Assembly: GCF_021028975.2 (NCBI RefSeq)
Contig: NC_059430.1
Location: 101,246,001 to 101,310,000 of the forward strand
Length of the DNA stretch: 64,000 nt
Direction: 5' to 3'
DNA from: Sphaerodactylus townsendi
Taxonomy: Eukaryota
Part shown: positions 38,501-55,200 of the stretch, piece by piece
How positions within the stretch are numbered: the stretch's first letter is position 1
Layout: every line of letters starts with the position of its first letter
Translations under genes and position numbers: made by a program
The notes under the pieces: generated by a model
What the model was told of the DNA's origin: nothing
What the model saw: the letters and a program-made list of their open reading frames with translations, nothing else
The model's database searches: none

Positions 38501-41500
38501 GCCCCACAATGATGAATTCTCCGAGAGGCCCCCACACAGCACTGGTGATTTTGGATTCACTGCATGGAATCTTCATATAAGGCTCGTTGTTCTCTGGGGA
38601 AAACAGAGGGCTGGTTTTAAAAATCCAGTAGAAACTCAGCTGCCCCTTGTTCCCACCTCTCCCAGTGGCCAGCCATTCTGTTGTTCAGAAGAAGGGATGG
38701 GAAAGTGCTGGAGCCCTGTTCCACTGGACTCCGGCTTCACCGGTCACCAACCAATAAAAAATCACCACAGAGGGAAGAGAGGCAGTGATCCCCCTTACTC
38801 TGACTCACTTCCTCCCATATGATTTTGATTTTTCTGTTTTTAATCCATCTTGCATTTGTCATGGGGGGGGGGGGATAATAAGAAGTTTAGCAGGGGGACG
38901 GGACAAGACAGAAACCATCATGGGTCTGAAACTTGCTCATCCCAATTCTTGTGCCTTCACCCAGAAGCCTCACCAATCTGGCTGGAGTCCCGCAGGTCAA
39001 AGAAGCTGACAAAACACTGGTATCCCATTTGCTTGTCTGTGGAAAACATGATGATGTTCCCTCCAAAATCAAAGCCACAAGTCCGGACAGCGGAGTTGGT
39101 CTCGACCAGAGCCAGCTGCTTGCCTAGGGGAGGATATGGCAGAGAAAGTCAGCAACAGTGAGGAATGTGAAAAATTGCCTTGTATGGAATCTAGAAGAAA
39201 AGGATTTTGGATTTATACCCCACCTTTCTCTCCCATAAGGAAACTCAAGGTGGCTTACAAGCTCCTTTCCCTTCCACTCCCCACAACAGATACCTTGTGA
39301 GGTATGTGGTGCTGAAAGAGTTCCCAAGAACTGTGACTAGCCCAAGGTCACCCAGCAGGAATGTAGGAGTGCAGAAACACATCTGGTTCACCAGATAAGC
39401 CTCTTCAACACAGGTGGAGGAGTGGGGAATCAAACCCGGTTCTCCAGATTAGAATCCACCTGCTCTTAACCACTACACCACGATGGCTTCAACAAAGAAG
39501 TTGAAGACAGAAGGCTGGGACCCTTCAAAGCCTACATTCAGCTCTCATTCATCACTAGAGAATTATGCCCAGGTCACCAGTCTCAGCCTTATGTGTGTTT
39601 GTTTATTCAAAAACAAGCCCAGCACTTCCCAAGTGGAAGAGCATCAGTTTATATAACCCCTGACATGATATAAAAATGACACAGGGTGGGAGAGAGGAGG
39701 CAGAAAAACACAAAATACGCTGATTGAAAATGATGTGAAAACTGAGCACACCAACACCCGATGCTGAACTTAGCAAAAGCTCGAGTTGCTACAGAGCTCA
39801 GAGAGTGGCCTAAAAATTCATGCAGAAGCTAAACAAGGCAGGATCTGGGAACAATCCAAATGGTGCTTCAGGCCCCAGAAGAAAGTACAGACTGCAGGTT
39901 AGCAAAGACACGGTGATGGTTGTTTCTCAAAGGCATCACAGCCAACCTCCAAGGCTTCAAAGCAGATGACCCAGTTGGAAAACTTTCTTTTAAATATGGT
40001 TACCTTGCTTATCCATAAAGATCCAGCATGAGTATCAAACTAATTAAAAACTGTAAAGGTGAAGCCTATGCTCTGTTGTTCAGGTCTCCAATTGTCTCCA
40101 GGGATCACTTACCCTCCCCACCCCCGTCCAACACACACAGTTTACAGTACTCTCAACAGCACCTTCCCATTTCCATGGAACACATCATTTCTAAATTCTA
40201 CCTGTTTCGCAGTCCCAGAGACGACAGCTGTTGTCTGCAGAACCTGTTAGCACGTGCCTCGTGTCCCCTGAAGGAGCAGTAAAGGAACTCAAAAATGTAA
40301 ACACAGACATCTTCCTGCAGGGAATGTACTGGACAGCTTCAATATCTAGGCAGAAATCTGATGCCATAATCAGAATGAATTTCAGAATATGGCAACAAAG
40401 GGAATTAGGGTTTTTTTTCTGGGTGGGTGGGGGGAGGTTTGCTGTCACTGCAATGTAGGGTAGTGAGTGCTCCACTAGGACTGGAGAGATCTGGGTTCAC
40501 TAGGTAACTTTGGGCCAATCATTGGCTTGTTGTGAGGATGAAATATAAGATACCTTGAGCTCCTAGGAAAAAAGGCAAGATAAAATAAGAGATGAACACA
40601 TAAATAAATATAATTGGAAGCACCAGAACACTTTTTATATTCATGTGTGCTAGATCATGGGTTTTTCTTAAAAAGTGCCTTTCAAAATACATTAGATGTC
40701 CCATGAAATACTCTTAACTGTTAACTTGGTTTAAGCTGGCACCATATGCTTGCACTCCCCATTCTCTCAGCCCACCTGCCAAAACAGGTTATTATGTATA
40801 AATGCAAAATGCTTATAGCTCTTCTGGTTGCTTTGTTATGACAGGCTAAATTTATCTCTCAAAATCTTCAAATTGTGCAGTGTAGTCCTGTCACATTTGG
40901 AGTAGTGTCTCCAAAATTAACAGTCTCTCAATCATTCAACATTCTCATTTTTTTAATCCAAAGGATACAGTCAGCATCAACACACCAGACAGCTCCAGTA
41001 TGTCCATTGTATGTGCCCATCCTCTCACCGTTGACAGAGTACCAAACATTGACAATCTAGCAATAGAGGAGTTGCAGTTACACACCCAAAAGCAAGATCT
41101 GGCAAATAACTTAGAGAAAATTTCAAGCAACTTGTGGATTAGACACCAGACTATTTTGAAAGTAATCAAAATCTCATTAGGTGCTGAATTAAGGAGACAT
41201 AACAGACACTGCATTTTAAATACTAACAAAGCTAACCCGCTAGACACCTGAAATATACTTTTCCCAGTTTTTTTCCTAGAGGTGTGAAACAGTTTTCCAG
41301 TTTAGTATTTTAAAAAAAAAAGGGAGGGGGAGAGAAAGAATTAAAAATATTTTTAAAAGAGTTTGCTCAATAAAGGACAGACTACGATGGATGAAAAATC
41401 TAATGATATGATCCACCAAGACAAAAACCAGACTTTGTAACTAAAAGGTATTTATGTTCCCTAGGTAGTACAGGCAGTTTATTCAATCTTAAAAACCCAA

Positions 41501-42941
41501 ACAAAAAATTGCCACTGACAACTGATAAATTATTTAATTTTCTAGAAAGCCAGCTGAAACCACTGGGTAGCACTGTTGTCAAAAGTGTACAGATTACAAC
41601 CATAATAAGAAACAGGTTTCACAACATCTGGGTTCATGTGGCAAAGGCCCTGCTCTGCTATCCTGCCCCAGATCTTAGCTCCTTTCAAGAACATAGTTAC
41701 TAAGGAGATTTAAATGAGTAAAGGACTGACTGCAGAGGCAGCAATGCGCTTGCAGCTCTGTAGGTACTCAGCCATGGTAGACTTTAAATCAGCCGCATTT
41801 TGAGTAATAGCCAAAACCAAGTAAATAGCTGTTGCAATGCAGGCTGGACAACTTTCCCCCTATTCCATTATTCGTCCCTTTCCCAATAAGTACATGGATC
41901 CCACACTGCACATCGGCTGAAGGGCAGTCCCACGGGCAGCTCACTGCACTTGCCACTCGAGGTTTCAAAAGCATGTTGATGGCCAGATTGTTTTTTCCAG
42001 GAAAAGATGTAGCTGGTTTTCTGGAGATAACCAGCTCTTAGAAACACTTTCCACACACACACTTTCCACAAGAGTGTCCACCTGTCTGTGGCTGTGTGTA
42101 TACATACATACGTACCTACCTATACATTCCAGTACATTATCAGCATTCTCCAAATAACAAAAGGATAGCATTTTGGATTGAAAGATGTAGAACAAAAATT
42201 CAAGAAAAGCTTACTGGATCTTTGGCCACTGTGAACAACAGGTCACCTTCTCTGTTATATTTGATCTGAGTAATCGCCCTCTCATGGCCCTGAAGCAGGA
42301 TAGGTTTCTATAGAAAGGCAGATTAAACAAACAAGCAGTGAATATATTAGCTTTCTGGAAATGTGAACGTCAACCTGTAGACTGTTTTGTGATCCACAAA
42401 ACAAATAAGCGTCACAGAACCTCCCTCCAAGAAACCGGGGGGGGGGGGGGGAGTATGAATGTATGTTACATGGTTCTCTCCTCCAGTTTATCCTCACAAC
42501 AACCCTATGGAGTAGGTTAGACTGAGGGCTAGGCAGGCCCAAGGTCAGCAGAAACTGTTGGGTTCTTCCATCCTCCCTTTTATCTCTTTTCTACACGTAG
42601 GCATCACCTATTCTGACATGGTAGGAGCAGGCAACCCAGACACGCGTCTGGCTGTAATGCTTTCCCTACGAAAGCAAAATGACCCTGTTCGGTGCTAGGG
42701 TTGCCAATTCTGGTTCGATAAATTCCTGGATATTTGGGGGTGGGGCCTATAGAGGCGGGGTAAGACCTCAGAAGCAATGTGATGCCATGGAGTCCACCCT
42801 CTAAAGCTACCATTTCCTCCCGGGGAACTGATCTCTGTAGTCTGGAGATCAGTTGTAATCCTGGGAAACCTCCAAGTTCCACACGAAGGCTGGCGACCCT
42901 TTAACTCACTAACAGCACAAGCAGACCTGTCAACTCACCAT
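35569..42941 (-). CDS. EIF3I: Eukaryotic translation initiation factor 3 subunit I (WD40, 325 aa)
   Basis: Exons 42941-42939 (ATG only), 42307-42215, 41056-40969, 40267-40202, 39123-38974, 38593-38466, 37983-37873, 36933-36844, 36333-36260, 35848-35756, 35650-35569, totalling 978 nt. Protein [32 protein letters not shown]...[23 protein letters not shown]. Confidence 0.98.
37703..37809. mobile_element. Palindromic hAT MITE
   Basis: CAGTGGTGGCGAACCTTTGGCACTCCAGATG...CATCTGGAGTGCCAAAGG; sister copy at 48079-48226. Confidence 0.8.
39193..39489 (-). mobile_element. Full-length Squam3-like SINE
   Basis: Nearly identical to 61017-61304. Confidence 0.85.
40268..40968 (-). other. U12-type (minor spliceosome) GT-AG intron of EIF3I
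   Basis: 5' splice site GTATCCTTT; branch site TTCCTTTAC at 40287..40279, ~10 nt from the AG. Confidence 0.9.
42696..42901. mobile_element. hAT (Blackjack-like) MITE in EIF3I intron 1
   Basis: TAGGGTTGCCA...TGGCGACCCT termini. Confidence 0.75.
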
Positions 42942-43478
42942 AGCTACGGTAAGGCAAGGCCGGCGTCAACAGCACACGAGAAAGAAAAGGAAGTCAGAGC
43001 AGAAAAGTGGAGGTGGGAAAAGGCAAGCACGGCTCACTGGGCCTTACTTCCTGTTTCCTTCCCCTGACGCCGGAAGCACAGCCGTCCGACTCGACTGCCA
43101 TAACAGGTAGCCTGAACTTCCGGCAATAACTGAAAATCGCTATTTACCGACGCTTCTTAGGGGTAGGGTTGCATGGCGAAGGAAGCATCTATGCGAAATG
43201 AAGAGAAGCGCCAATAACAACCGTGAAAGCGGCCACTCAAGTCATTAATCCGCCAGATTTCATAGTTATGGTGCCTGACGCGCGCAGTTCGAAACCAGAA
43301 TTGTTCCTGAACTTTCAACTTTTCTAACGTCTGGCTTGCCAGACAGAGACCAGAAAGATGCTAGACCATAGAGACTGCCCAGGGAGAGCACCACTTGCAT
43401 CCCACCAGTAATATGATGGCTTTCGGTTTAAGTGACGCTCTGCACCGCTGTTTTGCCGCAGCTCTGTAGCCGATCGGC
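42942..43478. promoter_or_regulatory. Bidirectional promoter region EIF3I / TMEM234
   Basis: Divergent ATGs 538 nt apart, CpG-rich. ETS motifs CCGGAAG at 43070-43076 and ACTTCCGG at 43116-43123; TGACG half-sites. Confidence 0.8.
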
Positions 43479-48636
<5,158 letters not shown>

Positions 48637-48974
48637 GGAGATGGTGATTGAGACATGGCTAATAATGACCAAGGGACAGGAAGCTCTGGCTCCACTCCTG
48701 GCAGCTTATGTGGTGGAGGATCTTGCCAGAGCATTCAAGGACTTGTGGGAATGTATTTTGTTCCTCCTTTCCAGATGCTCCTTAGAGCTCTTATCTGACT
48801 TGCATAGAGCCTTGCGGGAACTGAGCTTGGACTGTAGGGTTCCTATCAGCAGTGAGGAATGCAGGACGATGAAGGACAAAGGAATCGGGGAGGGGGATCC
48901 CTCTTTGGACTCAGGTTTGGAATGGAACAAGTTGATGTTCTGTTCACTTGCTGCTGTACATGTGCATTTTTGTA

Positions 48975-48980
48975 AATAAA
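48975..48980 (+). terminator. Candidate polyadenylation signal of TMEM234
   Basis: AATAAA ~340 nt after the stop codon. Confidence 0.6.
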
Positions 48981-49100
48981 TTTAAGTGGCCATTGTCATT
49001 TTTCATCTCCCTAAAAAAAAAAAGCACATAAAAATCCATGGTAGTGGCTACCAGTCTGCATTTCAAAGCAGAAGTAGCCGCTCTGTTTTGGTTTTACCAA

Positions 49101-49106
49101 TTTATT
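49101..49106 (-). terminator. Candidate polyadenylation signal of DCDC2B
   Basis: AATAAA on the - strand, ~150 nt after the predicted stop. Confidence 0.5.
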
Positions 49107-49257
49107 TTAGAAAATCTAGACAAAACAAGCACAAATCCATAAGGCAGAAGCTTTAAAACATCCCATCCAGGAGAAGAAAGCCTGTTGGGTCTCCATTCCA
49201 CTGAGGTCACTTCTCATATTTGATAGAGTTCCCCTGAACCGGGTGGAAGTCAGGCTG

Positions 49258-52200
49258 TCATGGAATTTCATCCATCAAGTCACCAGCAGTGTGCTGAATC
49301 CAACGGGCCTTCTCCACTTTCTCTTTCTGTTGCATAGAAACATTTTGGAAAGAAACACGAGGATTATTGTGAGTTGACAACAAACATTTTTAAATAATAG
49401 TTTGGAGAGTTTGTGGTGTTAACTACTGGAGGGGGCTAAGAAGAGAGGAGGAGCAGGAGAAGGTGGTTTCAGCATAAGTGATTACAGGATTCTAGAATAA
49501 GTGGTGCTGTCTGCTAAACACATAAATGTCCAAAACGGAGCGTTCATTATTTCTGTTAAAACATTCTGCCGATGCACCATACTAAAAAGATTAATTACCT
49601 TATTGGGTTGCCGCATTGTAGTCTGAGGCATCACTTCCTCTTCTACCATCTCTGCAACTTTCTGAAGGGGGCAAAAATACACACAAAGCTCAGGAAAGAG
49701 CTGCATCACGTGTTCTCGAAGAAGCAGCCTTTAATTTCTGCACGCAGCAGGAAGAGGGTACCCTGTGACTAGTTTATTCTCAAAAGGCAACTGTTTTCAA
49801 GTGTTTTCAACTAATTCTAGAGGAATTACTTCAAACACTGTATTCAGAGACATGTGGCCTATAACCGCTCTTTGGTAGAGTTTGAATCTGTTTATGGTTT
49901 ACCACAATGGGGGGAAAGTCTTTACTTCAAATTACATTAAGCACAATCCATAGCAATGTCTCCAGTGAAATCCTTTCGCTACAGCGGCAGAACACATGGC
50001 AAGAGAGCAGTCCCCTAACCAGTTGAACTCCAGTAGGTATCCAGGATTTTTGTTCAAAGTGCCACCTAGTTTCCTGAAGTATTTCTAACACAAACTACTC
50101 CCAAGGGCAGGACCCTCTCGGGCTTTTAACACCAGAATCCAGTCACCTCTTTGGGGTACCAAAGGTCCTATTAAAAATCCCAGAAGATTTTGATTTCACA
50201 GATACCCAAATGCATATGGCATACCTGGTCAATCGGGAATTCGACTTGTGTGTCTTCATCCTCCCTGACTTCCTGAGCTCCCTGCATTTCTTTCCTTGCT
50301 CCTTTCAGTTTGTAAACACTTCCTTCTTTGGGAGATAAATAAAAAAACGTCTTGTGAGCATTCTTGTACTTAATTAAATTCACTATCCAGCCGCCCAAAA
50401 AGATGAAGTGACGGTTGCTAGTTCAGAAGGGTTTTTTAATTGTTAGGGCAACTTCATGAAGAACAGGCCTACTGAAAAACTCCTTTTTCCAAGGCAGCCT
50501 TCCTCCCACATCCAGATGCTCCTCTTATAGAACCTCTCCTTAGTCATCTGGCCGATTGTTAGGTCTGTCAATGCGGTTCTTCCATGTACTCACTTCTAAA
50601 GGCAGCTTAGTTGGGAATAATTTACCAGAATCCAGTTTCTGCCTTCCTTGTCAAAGCTAGGCATAAATACTCCTACTTGTGAGATATTGCTGATGAGGGC
50701 TTATAATAATATTTGGGTGCTATCAAGTGTCAATCAACTCATGAGGATTCCAGGAATGGGGTTTTCAAGACAAGAGAGGAGCAAAGGTAGTCTGCCATTA
50801 CTCTGCCTGGCAGCCCCAATCTTCCTTGATGGTCTCCCATCCAAGTACTAGCCAGAGGCCATGCTGTTCAGCTCTGGCAAGAATGGGATATTCATGCTGT
50901 TTATAATTTGCTAAACCAAACATTTCCTTTCTGTGACCACCCAGGTTCTGCACACCCCTTCACGAACGCTGCTGCTTTATCCTAGAAATCTTAAGCAAAT
51001 GTCTTTTTACCTTGGTCTGACCACTGGCGAGAATTCCAGCTGATCTGCCCAACACGAACTGGCTTTGTGTAAATGATGCTCTCCTGCTTCTCTTCTTCAC
51101 TGTGTAAATGTTTCCTGGCTTTTTCGTGTGGTGCCGGAGAAGAGCCTGGGCCGCTGTCCTTCTCCATAACTCCTGTAGACCGCACCCTTCGAAGATGCAG
51201 CTGGAAGTCCTATTGAAGGAAAACACTTAGGGGGTGAGTTCAGTTGTCCCTTGGGGCCAGTTACATTGAGGGTTTGTTGTTTAAGCACAATTGTGTGCGA
51301 GGTGGGACTCGACACCGTCCACTATTGCAATTCTCATATACAGAAGTGCTCCAGAGCTTATCTTCAAGGGCACATAAGTCATCACAGCAGATGTCTTTGA
51401 GTTATTGACTCACTCGCAAAAGGAGGCTATTTGCACCAACCAAGGTGAACAAAAATAACGTCTGAGCCTGCCGAAGGGTCTGAAGCAGGAAAGCTTCAGA
51501 TGAGGAGATGAAGCTGCCTTGTACTGTGTCAGGCCATCAAGACTGGGTACTGTCTACTCAGACTTGGCAGCAGCTCTCCAGGGTCTAAGGCAGAGGTCTT
51601 TCACGTCATCTGCTGCCAGGTCCTTTTAACTGAAGATGCCAGGATTGAACTTGGGACTTTCCGTGTGCCGAGATGTTCAGCCACTGAGCCCCAGCCCTTC
51701 CCCCAGCCTCAAGCACAACCAGTGCGAAGGTGGAAGACTGACTCCAAACTGACTTTTCCCACTGAATATCTGAGTGCCAAAATGTTTTTGGGTGCAGTAC
51801 CCTGTATAGTGTAACGACATTGGCTGTGTAGAAAATAAAAGAATTTTGTTTGATGGGCATCTTGTAGTAAGTTGGCATACTAGTTAGTCAGGCAAGAAGA
51901 AGGGATACTTAAGATTCAAATTCCTGTTTGCCATGAGTTAGGTTCGCAGGTTAGGAAAGGCAGCGCACAGTCCAAAAGAAAGCCACCATGGTTAACAAGA
52001 GAGGTTGAGGAAATTATTAGGAAAAAAAAGATGTCTTTTAGAAAATGGAAGTCCAACTTAACTGATGAAGAATACCAGAGAGAACACAAATGGTGGCAAC
52101 AGAGAAGCAAGTTAGCTGTAAAGGAGGCAAAAAAGGATTATGAGGAACGCATGGCTGCGAACATCAAGACTAGCAACAAACAGTTCTTCAAGTACATCAA

Positions 52201-55200
52201 AAGCAGGAAGCCAGCTAGGGAAGCGGTAGGCCCATTAGATGATGAAGGAACAAAAGGTGTGCTAAAAGATGACAGGGAGATTGCAGAGAAGCTGAATGAA
52301 TTCTTTTTCATCTGTCTTCACCCAAGAGAAGGTGAGGAAAATTCCTGCACCTGAACCAAGCTTCTTAGGAGGTGAATCCGAGGAACTAGCGAAGATAGTG
52401 GTAGACAAGGAAGAAGTTCTGGCAGCCATTGATAAACTAAATGCTACCAAATCCCCTGGCCCAGATTGCATTCATCCAAGAGTTCTTAAAGAGCTCAAGC
52501 ATGAAATTACTGATGTTCTCACATTAATATGCAACTTATCCCTGAAATCAGGCTCCATCCCTGAAGACTGGAAGATGGCCAATGTCACACCAATCTTTAA
52601 GAAAGGGCCTAGGGGGGACCCAGGAAATTACAGGCCAGTCAGTTTGACATCTGTTCCTGGTAAATTAGTAGAATCTATCATTAAAGATAAAATTATAAAA
52701 CATGTAGAAAAGCAAGACCTGCTGAGGAAGAGTCAGCATGGCTTTTGTAGAGGCAAATCCTGTCTTACAAACTTACTAGAGTTCTTTGAGGGTGTAAACA
52801 GACATGTGGATAAGGGTGAACCAGTGGACATTGTCTACTTGGATTTCCAAAAGGCTTTTGACAAAGTTCCTCACCAGAGACTGTTGAGAAAACTCAGCAA
52901 TGAAGGAATAAGAGGGGAAGTCCTCCTATGGATTAAAAACTGGTTGAGGAACAGGAAACAAAGGGTGGGTATAAATGGGAAGTTCTCACAATGGAGAGAT
53001 GTAGGAAGTGGTGTCCCCCAAGGATCCGTTTTGGGACCAGTGCTCTTTAACTTATTCATAAATGACCTGGAAGTAGGGGTGGGTAGTGTGGTGGCCAAGT
53101 TTGCAGATGATACCAAACTATGTAGGGTGGTAAGAACCACAAACGATTGCGAAGAGCTCCAAGCAGACCTTGATAAATTAGGTGAGTGGGCTAAGAAATG
53201 GCAAATGCAGTTCAATGTAGCAAAATGTAAAGTGATGCACATAGGGGCAAAAAATCCAAACTTCACATACATGCTACAGGGATCAGTGCTATCAGTCACA
53301 GACCAGGAAAGGGATTTGGGCGTCTTAGTTGATAGTTCCATGGGAATGTCAACTCAATGCATGGCAGCTGTGAAAAAGGCAAACTCTATGCTGGGGATAA
53401 TTAGGAAAGGAGTTGATAATAAAACTACAAGGATTGTCATGCCCTTATATAAAGCTGCAATGCGACCGCACTTGGTGTACTGTGTTCAGTTCTGGTCGCC
53501 ACATCTCAAAAAGGATATCGAAGAGATAGAAAAAGTCCAGAGAAGGGCAACGAGGATGATTGAAGGATTGGAGCACCTTCCTTATGAGGAGAGGCTGCAG
53601 CGTTTGGGACTCTTTAGTTTGGAGAGGAGACGTCTGAGGGGGGATATGATTGAAGTCTATAAAATTATGCATGGGGTAGAGAATGTTGACAGAGAGAAAT
53701 TTTTCTCTCTTTCTCACAATACTAGAACCAGGGGGCATTCATTGAAAATGCTGGGGGGAAGAATTAGGACTAATAAAAGGAAACACTTCTTCACGCAACG
53801 TGTGATTGGTGTTTGGAACATGCTGCCACAGGAGGTGGTGATGGCCACTAACCTGGATAGCTTTAAAAGGGGCTTGGACAGATTTATGGAGGAGAAGTCA
53901 ATCTATGGCTACCAATCGTGATCCTCCTTGATCTCAGATTGCAAATGCCTTAGCAGACCAGGTGCTCAGGAGCAGCAGCAGCAGCAGCAGAAGGCCATTG
54001 CTTTCACATCCTGCATGTGAGCTCCCAAAGGCACCTGGTGGGCCACTGCGAGTAGCAGAATGCTGGACTAGATGGACTCTGGTCTGATCCAGCAGGCTAG
54101 TTCTTATGTTCTTATGTTCTTATGTTCTTATGAAACTTACTGTATGACTTGGGGCTGGTCATTCTCTCTCCGCCTACCATACTTCACAAGGTTGTTGTGA
54201 GAACAGAATGGACAAGAAGAGAGTTGTGTATGCAGTCTGAGATAAAAATGCACTAAATGAATAATCATCATCCTAAACGACCAACACTGATGTGGATGCC
54301 GGATCAACTATAATTATATCCTATACCAGGGGTCTGCAACCTGTGGCTCTCCAGATATTAATGGGCTACAATTCCCATCAGCCCCTGCCAGCATGGCCAA
54401 TTGGCTGATGGGAATTGTAGTCCATTAACATCTGGAGAGCCACAGGTTGCAGACCCCTGTCCTATACAGATCAAGAGCCTTATTTGGGAAAAAATAGAGG
54501 AAACTTTTTTAAAAATTTATCTCAGAAAATTATGATTTCCTAATCATGAAAAGTTACTCTGGTTCATGCCCAAACCACTTTGCAAGGATGATAAAAGTAT
54601 TGCTTAAGAACTTTGATTAAAAAGCAACTCCAGATGCTAAGCCCTGCTCCTGACCTACATGAAAAATTATTGTATCAGCTCCCAAAGAAGCTTGAACACA
54701 GTCCCAATTTTTCGTCATTAAATCCCAGAACCACTCCTCATCTGCTGTGGCGCTTCAAGGAGTACTGAGTCACTGGCACCATCTTGAGAAGCCAAGTGGT
54801 GTTTGCCAGGCTGAGAACAGGAAGAGAAGGGATTCCACACAGAGGTGGGTGACATGTTTCTTGGCCTCGGGCCAACTTCATTTCAGCAAGAAGCAAGATC
54901 TGTTCATTGCCACCGCCACAAGACAATACTGCCGACGGCACTCAAAGCTCCCCAGAAGACAAAGGAACAGCAGTGTTCTGTCTCCCAGTTCCTACATCTA
55001 TTCGGAATCAGTATCCTATAGTAAGAACAGGTGGGGAAGTAACCTGTAAGAATCATTCAATCCTGGATAAAAATCTAACACGAGGAAATTAATCCAGAGC
55101 CTTCTGTATACACCACACCTCCTTGCCCACTTCTTACAAGTATAATTCTCCTGAATTAGTTATGATTTCTAGGAATGGGATTCCCCCCCAGCATTCACCT

